DNA of 64,000 bases, taken from the IMG/VR virus record IMGVR_UViG_3300027714_000005, one strand, 5' to 3'. The position numbers were made by a program, and so were the translations under genes. Positions 28,542 to 39,063 of the stretch are shown in pieces. Below the pieces are notes generated by a model. The model was not told the DNA's origin and ran no database searches. It saw only the letters and a list, made by a program, of their open reading frames with translations. The stretch's first letter is position 1. Every line of letters starts with the position of its first letter. The stretch is from a virus.

Positions 28542-29284
28542 TGACAACTAAATACTTCTCTAATTTTAATATCATCTCTTACAGATTTGGTGACAACGAG
28601 AAACCAGTACTGTTTGACAATCTTAGTCAATATGTTGATGTCATAGATGGACTCAAGGATAACCTTAGTTTCTATAACCAACACACAATTATTTCTGGTG
28701 AACGTGCTGATACTTTATCCTATAAGTTGTATGGGACTACGGATTACTACTGGACGTTCTTTTTGATGAACGACCATTTGCGTGTATCGGGTTGGCCTAT
28801 AGATGTTCACACCATTCTGGATATTGCGAAAGAAAAGTATCCACACCGAACTGTTACCACAAATGATGTTGTCGCTGCAAACTTTCCGGTAGGAACGGTG
28901 GTAACCGGACTGAGTAGTGCTACGGTAGGAACTATTGTCAAACGAGACCTATGTATGGGTCAATTGGTTATCGATACAGTAGATGACAACAACTTTGATA
29001 AGAACGAGTCTATCGCATACACTAGTGAGGAAGGTGTGTTCTATGTTGCACAGTTGATACGAGAATCCACACAGTATGATGCAGTTCATAACTATGAGTT
29101 GAATGGGGTACATCAGGACTTACCACTCTACGACTTTGGTAATCCTGGCGCAACGTGGACTCCTATCACTTATAGAGATCGTATGGAACGTAGAAATGAT
29201 GAGTTGAAAACTATTAATGTATTGAAACCATCCGTCATAGATAGGGTAGTGAGTGAATTTAATAACTTCCACAAGGAAAGTTAA
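28541..29284 (+). CDS. gp53: Baseplate wedge protein gp53
   Basis: YFSNF..I.Y, GERAD.LSYKLYG..DYYW, WP, N.ELK.I.VLKP. Confidence 0.88.
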   Translation: MTTKYFSNFNIISYRFGDNEKPVLFDNLSQYVDVIDGLKDNLSFYNQHTIISGERADTLSYKLYGTTDYYWTFFLMNDHLRVSGWPIDVHTILDIAKEKYPHRTVTTNDVVAANFPVGTVVTGLSSATVGTIVKRDLCMGQLVIDTVDDNNFDKNESIAYTSEEGVFYVAQLIRESTQYDAVHNYELNGVHQDLPLYDFGNPGATWTPITYRDRMERRNDELKTINVLKPSVIDRVVSEFNNFHKES

Positions 29285-30648
29285 TGAGTAGCAAAACGAC
29301 ACAGTCGCAACAATTTAAGATTATTAAGGCAGAGATATCAGCTGATCGTCTTGGTGGTGTTGACACTAATACGTTTGATGTCCGTACATCTATTGCGGAA
29401 CTGAACATCTTCGAGAGTCTGGACAAACCTTATCTTACTGGTACGGTTGTTATTCTGGATGACAAGGCATTGTTCGATAAAATTAACTTCCAAGGTACGG
29501 AACGACTGTCTGTAGAGATGGCCTCGGTTGACAATAACTTGAACATAGTATTCAAACGTACCTTCATTATGACAGGTATTGAACAACAAGTCAAGTCAAA
29601 TGATAACGGAAAGTCTTCGATTGTGGTTTTCACGTTACTTGACGAACACGCATTTCTTTCATCATTAAAAAAGATTAGTAAGTCATTCAACGGACGTATC
29701 GATGATGTTCTAATCAAACTACTCGCCACCGAGTTGAAACTGAATATTGATCTATCATACCTGTTCTTACCTAATGGACTGAAGGCACTTCCATTACAGA
29801 CGAACATGAGGGGCATCATCCCAAATATGTCACCTATAGATGCGATCAAGTGGTTGACTAGTAGAGCAACGACAGTGACGGGATCACCATTCTTTACCTA
29901 TGCAACGATGCATGATGATAATCTACGTCTAGGTAATCTAGACTCCATGTTATCACAAAAAGCGTTTAACTCAAGGATACCCTATACATTCAACCCAGCA
30001 AACGTTTCTAATGCGGAGACACAGACTGAGTTTGAAAAGACATTTACTATTAAGGCAATGAAGACATCCAAGTCTGCAAACACTCTCAGTCTTGTACAAC
30101 GTGGTGCGGTGGGTGCTCTATTACAAAACACCAATCTTAACACGGGTATTATAACCAAGGGTCATCACAGTATAAGAAACGTCCTAGATAGACTAGAGAA
30201 TACAAATATCATTGGCAATAACCAGAATGTGTTTGACCCCAGCTTTAAAGTGGATAACAAGTTAGTAGACGAATATGACGCACAAGTCTACACAACAGTC
30301 ACTTCTACGGGTACTTACGGTAGACATAAAAGTTATCATGATGAGTATGATGGAACTAAGTTTAAAAAGAAATTAGAGAACCGAGCACTACTCAACCATA
30401 TGTACAAGAATATGTTTAATGTTGTGGTAGAAGGTGCGGGTTTTATTATCGCAAAGGCTAGTGTTGGTGACATCGTTAATTTAAAGGTTGTGAACGACAA
30501 CGTAGAAAGTTCTAGTGTTGCGACCGAGGACGATCTTATCGACAAATCGAAGTCTGGTGATTTTATAATCTATGATACAAGACATACGTTTCAAGGTACA
30601 CAACACACCGTGTCAATGAACCTGTGTAAACTGGAGAAACTTCCGTAA
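29284..30648 (+). CDS. Probable baseplate hub protein (gp27-like)
   Basis: LNIFESLD.P.LTG...I.D, G.ERL, IIPN.SP..AI.WL, SGDFII; position between gp53 and gp5. Confidence 0.6.
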   Translation: MSSKTTQSQQFKIIKAEISADRLGGVDTNTFDVRTSIAELNIFESLDKPYLTGTVVILDDKALFDKINFQGTERLSVEMASVDNNLNIVFKRTFIMTGIEQQVKSNDNGKSSIVVFTLLDEHAFLSSLKKISKSFNGRIDDVLIKLLATELKLNIDLSYLFLPNGLKALPLQTNMRGIIPNMSPIDAIKWLTSRATTVTGSPFFTYATMHDDNLRLGNLDSMLSQKAFNSRIPYTFNPANVSNAETQTEFEKTFTIKAMKTSKSANTLSLVQRGAVGALLQNTNLNTGIITKGHHSIRNVLDRLENTNIIGNNQNVFDPSFKVDNKLVDEYDAQVYTTVTSTGTYGRHKSYHDEYDGTKFKKKLENRALLNHMYKNMFNVVVEGAGFIIAKASVGDIVNLKVVNDNVESSSVATEDDLIDKSKSGDFIIYDTRHTFQGTQHTVSMNLCKLEKLP

Positions 30649-31511
30649 TGAAACCGATTCTATCAGAGTTCTATGGTGACAACACACGATGGTTCATTGC
30701 AACTGTTGTTGATGCCTCACCCCCATATGGTTACGAAGGACGTGTGAAGATTCGTGTACACGGAATACATACGGAGTCTACCAGACTAATTCCCCAGAGT
30801 GACTTACCTTGGGCCCAATGTGTTATCCCAACCACAGAAGGTGGTGCTTCTGGTATAGGACGGATGCCACAGTTGCAATCAAGTGCTTTAGTGTTTGGTA
30901 TGTTTATGGACGGAGTTAATTCACAGACACCTATTATATTGGGTTCTCTTCCTCATATAGAAAATCCTTCTATAGTCCAACAAGGACAGAAGTTCGAAGA
31001 TACCGGAACAGATAACAAACCAGAGACCATCTTCGAGAAACTCGGTGCAGCATTAAAACCAAAAACGACTGACATCCAAAATGAAGCGGCCGGTAACATC
31101 AACAACCTAGTTAAACTTGCACGAGAAAACACATCGGTGACTTTCTTCTTGAACCTAGGGTACTCTGTGAAACAGGCTATAGGTATAACTGCGGGACTTA
31201 CCCACGCATCTGGTATGCGAACCGGAATCAATCCCCAGTCTAGTGGTATTGGTAATTTCCGTAATGGTCGATATCAAGACTTACTGAGATTCTCTAGTAA
31301 GAACAATGAGTTTCTTACACAGTTGACCTTTGTTGCATATGAATTAAACGGGTCACAGTCTGCCACCAACATAAGATTATTGCAATTAGACAGACTCGAT
31401 AACAACGGTATCTGTCAAGTATTCAGTAGATATTATTTGGAGAAACCTGATAACGCAACAAGCAAACAAATAGAATTGGCCGCACGAAGACTGATCGATA
31501 GGATAACATAA
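30648..31511 (+). CDS. gp5 N-terminal OB-fold domain plus degenerate phage tail-lysozyme-like domain
   Basis: WFIATV.D, GRVKIRVHGIH, DLPWA, VFGMFMDG..SQ.P.ILGS; C-terminal GYS..QA.GI...L..ASG, QL.FV.YEL. Confidence 0.8.
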   Translation: MKPILSEFYGDNTRWFIATVVDASPPYGYEGRVKIRVHGIHTESTRLIPQSDLPWAQCVIPTTEGGASGIGRMPQLQSSALVFGMFMDGVNSQTPIILGSLPHIENPSIVQQGQKFEDTGTDNKPETIFEKLGAALKPKTTDIQNEAAGNINNLVKLARENTSVTFFLNLGYSVKQAIGITAGLTHASGMRTGINPQSSGIGNFRNGRYQDLLRFSSKNNEFLTQLTFVAYELNGSQSATNIRLLQLDRLDNNGICQVFSRYYLEKPDNATSKQIELAARRLIDRIT

Positions 31512-33634
31512 TGGCATTAAATAAAACAGACCTAAATCTCGTTCTGAATGCAGAAGGTAGAAAGAAAGAAGTTGGTAATGCTAGGTTTCAAGACCAGTCT
31601 ATAAGTGCTATCGAGGAAACATTTGTCAAAACGACAACAACCCTTGGACAAGAAGACGGTAAGATTCTCGGTGGTATCAAGTCATTAGGACAGTCTACCA
31701 ATTCTTCGGAAGAGGTTATTACTAGTGCTGTTGGTCTGATAACCGATACTCTCCCCGCATTGTCTGGTGCGAAAGGAAATGTGTTAACAGTCACCAATGC
31801 CACGGTACTAGACTCTGATGGAAAGTTCTTACGATACAAGTTACCAAGTGATTCTGATGGTAGTCTTGTACTTAATGCATTATCGATAGACTCTGCCGGT
31901 GGTGTTGTTTCGGTAGTAAGAAGTCTTCTTGGTCGTGACTCAGATGACAATGCTCGTTCTTTTGGTTCTACAACCACGAGTGTTACTGCACTGACAGGTC
32001 TTCCTGCACTCAAGGCAAATGTCCCTACATCTGCACTTGCAGTAGTAACGGACGGAACTGGACAAAGTATTGCGGAATGTGTTAGTATTGCAGAACAAAA
32101 GAAGAATGCAGACTTTGCGGAGATTACCGCATTTACCGATGTCATTGAAGCGATGAGACCACCTGCCTCTGCTGGTGGTGGACTGTTTGGTAAGATCAAG
32201 TCTGCGATGAGTGCTGTGAGTTTTGCGGGTGGACTTGGTGCTACACTGAACCAACTCGCTCCAGTCGCTGCTCTAAACGACACTCTTGCTCAAGTGACTA
32301 GCAAAGTCAATGAATTGGAAACACTTGCGTTAGGTGCTACGGAGAAGTTTGCGGCACTAGGTACTGAGGCAATGGCAATTGGTGACGGAATGATCCAATC
32401 AACGTTAGATCAAGTTACCAATATTACTGGTGTTCAGGATTTAATCGCGAAGGGTAATAACCTAAAAGACCAATTGAATACTCTACCTACAATAAATGAT
32501 GTTATCGGAACAGATTTGAGTAATGTGGTTGATGTTGTTAACAAAGTTACCGATGAGGTTAATCAATTTGAATCTGATTTCGATCTACGTATTGACGAGG
32601 GGTTACTGGGTACTCTACAGAATGTTGCGGAGGGTTTGACTGGTGATGCCGCAAGTTATATCTCAAACCTTGTTTCCGGTGGTATCGTTTCGTCTGATCA
32701 AGAAAGACAACAGATTCTTGCACAGTTTTCTAGTGATGATCCGAGACAAAAAAAGGAAGCTGTTAAGACCTTGACTGGTAAGTCCATCAATGTATCAGAA
32801 CGAATGAAATCCATTATCGGAACGGATGAGAATACCTCTACTACGTTAGAGATGCAAGTTCAGATGATTAAGAAGGCGAGAGAACAGGGTGTGCCTGAAC
32901 AAGAGATTGCCATTGCTCAACAAGAGATATCTACTATTGACGATAAGATGAGTAAACTAGATACCACAATCGGTGGTTCTGTTGTTGTCGAAGCAAGTCT
33001 ATTTGAAGAGGCTGTCTCAATCGATCAGTCGAGTAAATGGTCTGGTCGCAACAGTCCAGATGATATCTTTACATATATTTCTTCGGTAGAAGAGTTGGAT
33101 GCCGAGTTTACTAATGTCCACCGAGAAGTTACCGAAGTTATTGTTCATGCCTCAGAGACTCACACCAATAAAAACATAGGTGCGATAGAGATAAATAACA
33201 TACATACCGAACTTGGACATGACGGTATTGGATATCATTATGTTATAAGAAGAGACGGTAGATTGCAACGTGGTAGACCAGTCAACACAGAGGGTGAACA
33301 CGCAATTGTCAATGGACATGACAAACGATCTATTGGATTGGTCATGGTTGGTGGGTTGAACGTTTCTACTGGTGAAGACAATCCTACGAATTATAGGTCT
33401 GCCCAGTCATTCACAAGAGAACAGTTTACAACACTAGAGAAGTTCTTTGCTAGTTACTATCGCAGATTTCCGGGCGGTCAGGTGTTTGGACACAACGATG
33501 TTGATGAGGCCGAACATGACCCATACTTTGATGTGGTAGATTATGTTGATTCGGTATTCAGGAAAAAGAATAAATTGATTGACCCCAAGACAAACGGCCC
33601 AATGAGTCCATCGGAGATTAATAGTGACAACTAA
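31511..33634 (+). CDS. Virion-associated protein with C-terminal N-acetylmuramoyl-L-alanine amidase (Amidase_2)
   Basis: VIVHAS, IGYHYVIRRDG..Q.GRP, HA..GH...SIG.V.VGG, FT.EQF..L, VFGHND, DP.FDV; long helical N-terminal region. Confidence 0.85.
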   Translation: MALNKTDLNLVLNAEGRKKEVGNARFQDQSISAIEETFVKTTTTLGQEDGKILGGIKSLGQSTNSSEEVITSAVGLITDTLPALSGAKGNVLTVTNATVLDSDGKFLRYKLPSDSDGSLVLNALSIDSAGGVVSVVRSLLGRDSDDNARSFGSTTTSVTALTGLPALKANVPTSALAVVTDGTGQSIAECVSIAEQKKNADFAEITAFTDVIEAMRPPASAGGGLFGKIKSAMSAVSFAGGLGATLNQLAPVAALNDTLAQVTSKVNELETLALGATEKFAALGTEAMAIGDGMIQSTLDQVTNITGVQDLIAKGNNLKDQLNTLPTINDVIGTDLSNVVDVVNKVTDEVNQFESDFDLRIDEGLLGTLQNVAEGLTGDAASYISNLVSGGIVSSDQERQQILAQFSSDDPRQKKEAVKTLTGKSINVSERMKSIIGTDENTSTTLEMQVQMIKKAREQGVPEQEIAIAQQEISTIDDKMSKLDTTIGGSVVVEASLFEEAVSIDQSSKWSGRNSPDDIFTYISSVEELDAEFTNVHREVTEVIVHASETHTNKNIGAIEINNIHTELGHDGIGYHYVIRRDGRLQRGRPVNTEGEHAIVNGHDKRSIGLVMVGGLNVSTGEDNPTNYRSAQSFTREQFTTLEKFFASYYRRFPGGQVFGHNDVDEAEHDPYFDVVDYVDSVFRKKNKLIDPKTNGPMSPSEINSDN

Positions 33635-35126
33635 GAGAGACAGTTTTGATTTAAGAGTTGATAAAATCGGTGAAGGTGCTGAGAATTCTCTTGGTGTTGC
33701 CCAAGATGGTATGCAAGACCCTACGGGAGAATATCCCAAGAGAGAATATAACTACGGTTCTTCAATCAACAAAGCATCACGTGGCACAAAGATAAACAAT
33801 CTTTATGTCGGGGGTGGTGACATTGGGGTATCTTTAAATATCGAACCACAACGTCCATCCGAGTATCCGTTCAACCAAGTACAAGAGACTGTCTCCGGTC
33901 ACGTCATCGAACAGGATGACACGCCAGGCGGTGAACGTGTATTAATCAAACATCGTACTGGTGCGGGTGTTGAAATGAGAGCAGATGGTTCTGTTATCAT
34001 CTCTGCTGTCAATAATAAGATTGAAGTGACTGGTGGTGATCAGACTGTTATCATTGAAGGTAATGGTAATCTAGTGTATCAAGGTAACCTCAACCTTAAA
34101 GTGACTGGTGACTATAATGTAGACGTGGGTGGAAACTATAACGTTAATGTTGCTGGTAGTCTACGTGAGGATATCCTAGAGAACCACAAGACAACCGTCA
34201 CGGGTAATCGTGAACTGACCACAAAGAAGACCAAGACAACAAGAACCCTCGGAACCTCTACCGATGTCATGTTAGCAGATTATAATTCGTTTGTCAAACT
34301 TGATCAGAAAAACTTTGTTGAAGGTAATATGGAGTTTGCGTCAGAAGACAATATCTTTATGTCTGGTAAGGAAGCATTTGTTGTGTCGAGTAAGAACGCA
34401 AACATCACTGGTGCAAAATACATTTCCATCATGGGACAGAAGGGTGCAATCGGTGGTAGAATGGTTGACTTCACAGGTAACGTATTCCAAGGTGGAGAAG
34501 GCCCTGTCGAGTATAACTCTGGTGCGGTATTCTATGGTACGTTCATGGGTAAAGCATCCGAAGCGTGGAAGGCAAACAACGCAGACAATGCTGACCTTGC
34601 ACTGAGATCGTATTTCGCCTCAAACGCAAAGCACTCACTGACAGCAGTAACCGCAGGAACCGCTGCGACAGGTGCTGCAACATTTAGTATACCCAAAATA
34701 TTGTCGGCAGGTATACATCTACCCAAGAAGACAAAAGAGTTTCAGTATCCCAGTTCTGGGCCTGCGGAAGTTCAGATCACTGGTGAGTGGGTTGTTGGTC
34801 AAGCGGTCAATGGTGACTATGCAATCAAGACTGTTGTTCTTGACGGTGGTGACGTATTATTGGCAAAGACACTTCTTACTGATGATTACAATGACGTGTT
34901 CAACAAGATTCCTACTACCCAAGAGATTCGTTCTGCTTTCCGAAACGCATCGTCTAGAGACTCAATTGGAAGTGTACTTGTTTCGGAAGAAAGACTCAAC
35001 CCAGAATATAAATCAAAGTCCCCACCGAAAGTCGGTAGGACTGCAAAGAAATCCGCATCATCTAGATTTGGATTTGAACCGATTGGTAATGCAATCGAAA
35101 ATAGAGGAAAGAGGTTTACACCGTGA
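33624..35126 (+). CDS. gp5 C-terminal (beta-helix spike) portion
   Basis: DPTGEYP, YPFNQV.ET.SGH.IE.DDTPGGER....HRTG..VE...DG, V.GDYN.DV.G repeats. Confidence 0.85.
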   Translation: MTTKRDSFDLRVDKIGEGAENSLGVAQDGMQDPTGEYPKREYNYGSSINKASRGTKINNLYVGGGDIGVSLNIEPQRPSEYPFNQVQETVSGHVIEQDDTPGGERVLIKHRTGAGVEMRADGSVIISAVNNKIEVTGGDQTVIIEGNGNLVYQGNLNLKVTGDYNVDVGGNYNVNVAGSLREDILENHKTTVTGNRELTTKKTKTTRTLGTSTDVMLADYNSFVKLDQKNFVEGNMEFASEDNIFMSGKEAFVVSSKNANITGAKYISIMGQKGAIGGRMVDFTGNVFQGGEGPVEYNSGAVFYGTFMGKASEAWKANNADNADLALRSYFASNAKHSLTAVTAGTAATGAATFSIPKILSAGIHLPKKTKEFQYPSSGPAEVQITGEWVVGQAVNGDYAIKTVVLDGGDVLLAKTLLTDDYNDVFNKIPTTQEIRSAFRNASSRDSIGSVLVSEERLNPEYKSKSPPKVGRTAKKSASSRFGFEPIGNAIENRGKRFTP

Positions 35127-35716
35127 TAGTATTAGTTGATCCAGTTTATAATCCAGAATCTCAAGGTAGTATTACCGCTGCGACCAAGTTGGGGCCGGGA
35201 ATTACAATCGCAAGGTTCCTCGGTGCGTATGGTGATAGAACACCATTCAATCATGTGGTAACTAACACTGCACGTAAACAGATTGCACGACACCTATATT
35301 TACAATCCGAAGCAATACGAATTATCAACGGTAACACAAAGAACTTCAATGATGTTCGTTTGATTGTTTCGGAAGGTCTCTACAAACTCAGAGAGACTGA
35401 TGCCAATGATGATATTATGAAGAAGAAGTCTGATGGTAGACTTGTATATTATCAAGTAATAGATCAGGAAGGTAAGATCAATCTAGAGAAGACATTCGAT
35501 GTTGCGGAATACTGGAAAGACTATATTAAGTTTGGTACATTGTACCTAGACTATGATAATTACAATCCAGACGGTAGTTTGACCGCATCAATTGGATTAG
35601 AGTTCCCTACAACACCAGCGACCTTCGACATTAGTTTTGCGGGAGACGTAAAAACTTATTTCAATAACGAACTAATGAGTGCAAACGAATTAGTAGAAAT
35701 CGAGGAAAGTGACTAA
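35123..35716 (+). CDS. Hypothetical baseplate-region protein, possibly degenerate peptidase M15 fold
   Basis: 197-aa ORF between gp5C and gp25; weak pattern resemblance only. Confidence 0.5.
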   Translation: MIVLVDPVYNPESQGSITAATKLGPGITIARFLGAYGDRTPFNHVVTNTARKQIARHLYLQSEAIRIINGNTKNFNDVRLIVSEGLYKLRETDANDDIMKKKSDGRLVYYQVIDQEGKINLEKTFDVAEYWKDYIKFGTLYLDYDNYNPDGSLTASIGLEFPTTPATFDISFAGDVKTYFNNELMSANELVEIEESD

Positions 35717-35723
35717 AAAGTCA

Positions 35724-35731
35724 TATAAATA
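35724..35731 (+). promoter_or_regulatory. T4-type late promoter
   Basis: TATAAATA before gp25. Confidence 0.7.
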
Positions 35732-35736
35732 GAACT

Positions 35737-36186
35737 ATGGCAATACGAAGAGCGTTCGCACAAGAAGATAGAGACCTACAAACGGCATCGGTATCAACGA
35801 GTCGTGTTAGGGAGTATTCTGATATTGATTTAACATTTACCGCCAAACCGACTAGTGGAGAAATCTACAAGAAAACGGATGCAGCGGCAGTGAAACAATC
35901 AATCAAGACACTAGTACTTACAAACTTACTGGAGAAACCATTTCGTCCCGACTTTGGTGGTCACTTGCAGGGACAGTTGTTTGAATTGGCAGATAGAGGA
36001 AAGTCGGCTTCTCTAAAGAGAGGTATCATGCAAAACATCGATGTATACGAACCAAGGGCAAAAGTTCTGGATGTGGTTGTGAATCTACAACCAGATAGAA
36101 ATAGTTTAGATGTAACAATAAAATTCAAGGTAGTGAATACCGAAGAACGGGTCGAATTCACTACTACACTTGCAAGGTTAAGATAA
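35737..36186 (+). CDS. gp25: Baseplate wedge protein gp25
   Basis: YSDIDL.F, D.AAVKQSIK.LV.TN..EKPF.P.FG, LFE, YEPR. Confidence 0.93.
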   Translation: MAIRRAFAQEDRDLQTASVSTSRVREYSDIDLTFTAKPTSGEIYKKTDAAAVKQSIKTLVLTNLLEKPFRPDFGGHLQGQLFELADRGKSASLKRGIMQNIDVYEPRAKVLDVVVNLQPDRNSLDVTIKFKVVNTEERVEFTTTLARLR

Positions 36187-36187
36187 A

Positions 36188-38014
36188 ATGGCGACAACAA
36201 TAAAATCCACATCGTTAGACTTTGATGCGATTAAGAATAACCTCAAGGTATTTCTTGCTGATAAGAACGAGTTTGCAGATTACAACTTCGAAGCATCTGG
36301 TCTTTCCAATATTTTGGATGTCCTTGCATATAATACACATTATAATGCGTTGACCGCCAATTTTGCTTTGAACGAATCTTTCCTAGGGACGGCACAGTTA
36401 CGTAGTTCTATAATCTCTCTTGCCGAGGGTATAGGTTACATTCCAGATTCGAAGACATCGTCTCAAGCAATTATTAAACTGTCGTTGAATCTTTCGGGTG
36501 TTGTTGGTCGTGATACCCATATTCAAATTCCGAGTGGAGTTAAGTTTAACGCAACTGTTGATGAGACCGAATACGTATTCCAGACACTAGAGAACATCTC
36601 TGCGGAAGACAACGGTGCTGGACTATATGAGTTCGATAACGCATCTGGGAATAAGAACATTAAGATACATGAAGGAACCGAGAGGGTTAAGACCTTCATC
36701 GTTTCTAGAGCTGAAGACAACGAAGTCTATATCATTCCTGACAAATCAATAGATATTGATACCGCAATTGTTCGTGTATATGAACAACCGTCTTCTTCAG
36801 TATTCCTTCCGTATACAAACATTGTTAATGCTAACACCATTAGTGAAAATTCGACACTGTACATCCTCAAAGAATCACCTAACGGTCTCTTTGAATTGTC
36901 CTTTGGTAACGGAACAACCTTGGGTAAAGCACCCCCGACTGGTTCAAAGGTTACGGTAACTTATCTTGCCAGTAGTGGTTCACCATCAAACGCTGCTAAG
37001 ACTTTCGAGCCACAGTCTGGTGTAAGTGTTGCGGGTCAGACCTACAATATGACAGTAACAACGGTTGCTGATGCGGTTGGTGGTTCTTCGAAAGAAACTA
37101 TAGAGTCTATTAGACAAACTGCACCATTCCAATATGCAACACAAAATAGAATGGTAACTGCGGTAGATTACTCTGCACTGGTATTAAGAAACTTCTCCAC
37201 ACTGATTAAAGATATTCAATCATTTGGTGGTGAGGATGCACTCGACCCAGAATTTGGTACAGTGTTCCTATCAATCCTATTCAACGCAGACGTTGATGTT
37301 GTTACCGAACAAGAAACCAAGGATGCTATTACTGACCTTTCTAAACAGTTAGCTGTTGCATCATTCAAGGTTAAGTTTACCGACCCAATAAAAACTTTTA
37401 TTGAGACTAAAACTTTCTTCCAGTTCAACCCCACTTTGACAACACTATCAAGAAACACTATTCAAGATTCTGTGAACAATGTTATCACTGCGTACTTTAG
37501 TGCAAACACTGGCAAGTTCAATCAGTCCTATAGACGTTCTAATCTATTGACACTTGTTGATGATGTCAGTCCTGCGATATTGTCCTCTCGTACAGAAACT
37601 TTGATGCAGAGAAGATTCACCCCAACGTTGACTAAAATTCAAGATCACACTCTTCGATTCGTTACTACTCTGAAATCAACTGACGATTTGTTATATACCG
37701 TGACATCCTCACAGTTTGGATTTCAGAACAAGACGTGTATCATAAGAAACAAATTAAACACAAACAAACTAGAAGTGTTTAATGGTGAAGACAATGAAGT
37801 TCTTGTTGATAACGTAGGTTCGTTTGCGGGTGATACCGTTTCTATTGTTGGTCTACAAATCGACAACCTTATTGGTACAAACACATACATTAAAATCTCA
37901 GCAAAACCTGCTAATGAAAGTGCGATAACACCATTTAGACAGGATATAATTGAGTTAGACCCAGCGAACACATTCTCTCGTATTGTTGATGTTGATACTG
38001 GGGTCACTAACTAA
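36188..38014 (+). CDS. gp6: Baseplate wedge protein gp6
   Basis: LDFD.IK.NLK.FL, DYNFEASGLS.ILDVLAYNTHY, ESFL.TAQLR.S, E.IESIR..AP, QNR.VTA.DY, GGED. Confidence 0.95.
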   Translation: MATTIKSTSLDFDAIKNNLKVFLADKNEFADYNFEASGLSNILDVLAYNTHYNALTANFALNESFLGTAQLRSSIISLAEGIGYIPDSKTSSQAIIKLSLNLSGVVGRDTHIQIPSGVKFNATVDETEYVFQTLENISAEDNGAGLYEFDNASGNKNIKIHEGTERVKTFIVSRAEDNEVYIIPDKSIDIDTAIVRVYEQPSSSVFLPYTNIVNANTISENSTLYILKESPNGLFELSFGNGTTLGKAPPTGSKVTVTYLASSGSPSNAAKTFEPQSGVSVAGQTYNMTVTTVADAVGGSSKETIESIRQTAPFQYATQNRMVTAVDYSALVLRNFSTLIKDIQSFGGEDALDPEFGTVFLSILFNADVDVVTEQETKDAITDLSKQLAVASFKVKFTDPIKTFIETKTFFQFNPTLTTLSRNTIQDSVNNVITAYFSANTGKFNQSYRRSNLLTLVDDVSPAILSSRTETLMQRRFTPTLTKIQDHTLRFVTTLKSTDDLLYTVTSSQFGFQNKTCIIRNKLNTNKLEVFNGEDNEVLVDNVGSFAGDTVSIVGLQIDNLIGTNTYIKISAKPANESAITPFRQDIIELDPANTFSRIVDVDTGVTN

Positions 38015-39024
38015 TGTCAAAACGGAATGACACACTAGTTGACATTGGACGCAGAGAACTTGCGTTCGATGGCCATGCAGTACAAAGCATTTTACCAGCT
38101 TTCTTTGCTGACGATTACCCGAAACTTATCACACTTCTAAATTACTATTATGAATTCGAAGACCGTGATGAGTCTGCCGGAAAGCTGGTTCATGAGTTAT
38201 TCTTTAGTCGCGATATTACACAGACAGACTTAAAGTTACTCAGTTTCATTGAAGACGAACTTCTACTAGGACAATCATACTTCGAAGGGTTCGCTGACAA
38301 AAGAGCTGCTGCAAAATATTCCAGTAGTCTATATCGTTCCAAGGGAACCAAATATTCTATAGAACAGTTCTTTAGAACCTTCTTTGGAGTTGACCCTGAA
38401 ATAATCTACACCAAAGAAAACGTGTTTAAAGTTGGTGACGATCAGTCTACTATCGGTATCGAGAATCAAAGATACCTTACTGATAACAAATTATACCAGA
38501 CATTTGCACTACTTGTCAAGACCGACATCGCCTTTAATGACTGGAAAGAACCATATAAACTATTCACTCACCCCGCTGGAATGTATGTGGGGTCAGAGGT
38601 TCAGATTGTATCGGTAGTAACTGACACGTTGACCGCACCTCTAGTTGTAGTGGAACCACCACCACCTCTTGCTGTTCATTCAACCGCATCTTTTGGAGAC
38701 TTCGCGATAATGGATATCACTGCTCTTGTTGATGACCTATATACAGATTCAGCAGGTGTTCTAAGTAGAATTAATGCAGAACTCACTTCGATAGAAGATT
38801 TCTCTCTCGAACAGATACAGACAATTAACAATCAGTACTCTTCATTGCGTGAAGCACAGACTGCAACATCACCTACGTTTGATGATTCAGACGCATCTGC
38901 AACTAACGGTATGGACTTGAGTAACAACTTCTCCTTCGAGACGTTAGACCAAGATAGACATCAATCGTGGAGTTCAGACTCAGATCAATACGTAAAAAGT
39001 TTTGGTATACCGATTAATTACTAA
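38014..39024 (+). CDS. Baseplate wedge protein, short gp7-like
   Basis: LP.FF..DYP, YRSKGT..SIE.FFR.FFG, YQ.F, HPAGM; follows gp6. Confidence 0.7.
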   Translation: MSKRNDTLVDIGRRELAFDGHAVQSILPAFFADDYPKLITLLNYYYEFEDRDESAGKLVHELFFSRDITQTDLKLLSFIEDELLLGQSYFEGFADKRAAAKYSSSLYRSKGTKYSIEQFFRTFFGVDPEIIYTKENVFKVGDDQSTIGIENQRYLTDNKLYQTFALLVKTDIAFNDWKEPYKLFTHPAGMYVGSEVQIVSVVTDTLTAPLVVVEPPPPLAVHSTASFGDFAIMDITALVDDLYTDSAGVLSRINAELTSIEDFSLEQIQTINNQYSSLREAQTATSPTFDDSDASATNGMDLSNNFSFETLDQDRHQSWSSDSDQYVKSFGIPINY

Positions 39025-39033
39025 TTAAACTCT

Positions 39034-39041
39034 TATAAATA
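39034..39041 (+). promoter_or_regulatory. T4-type late promoter
   Basis: TATAAATA before 39064. Confidence 0.7.
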
Positions 39042-39063
39042 GTATGAACAACAGGACTATAAA

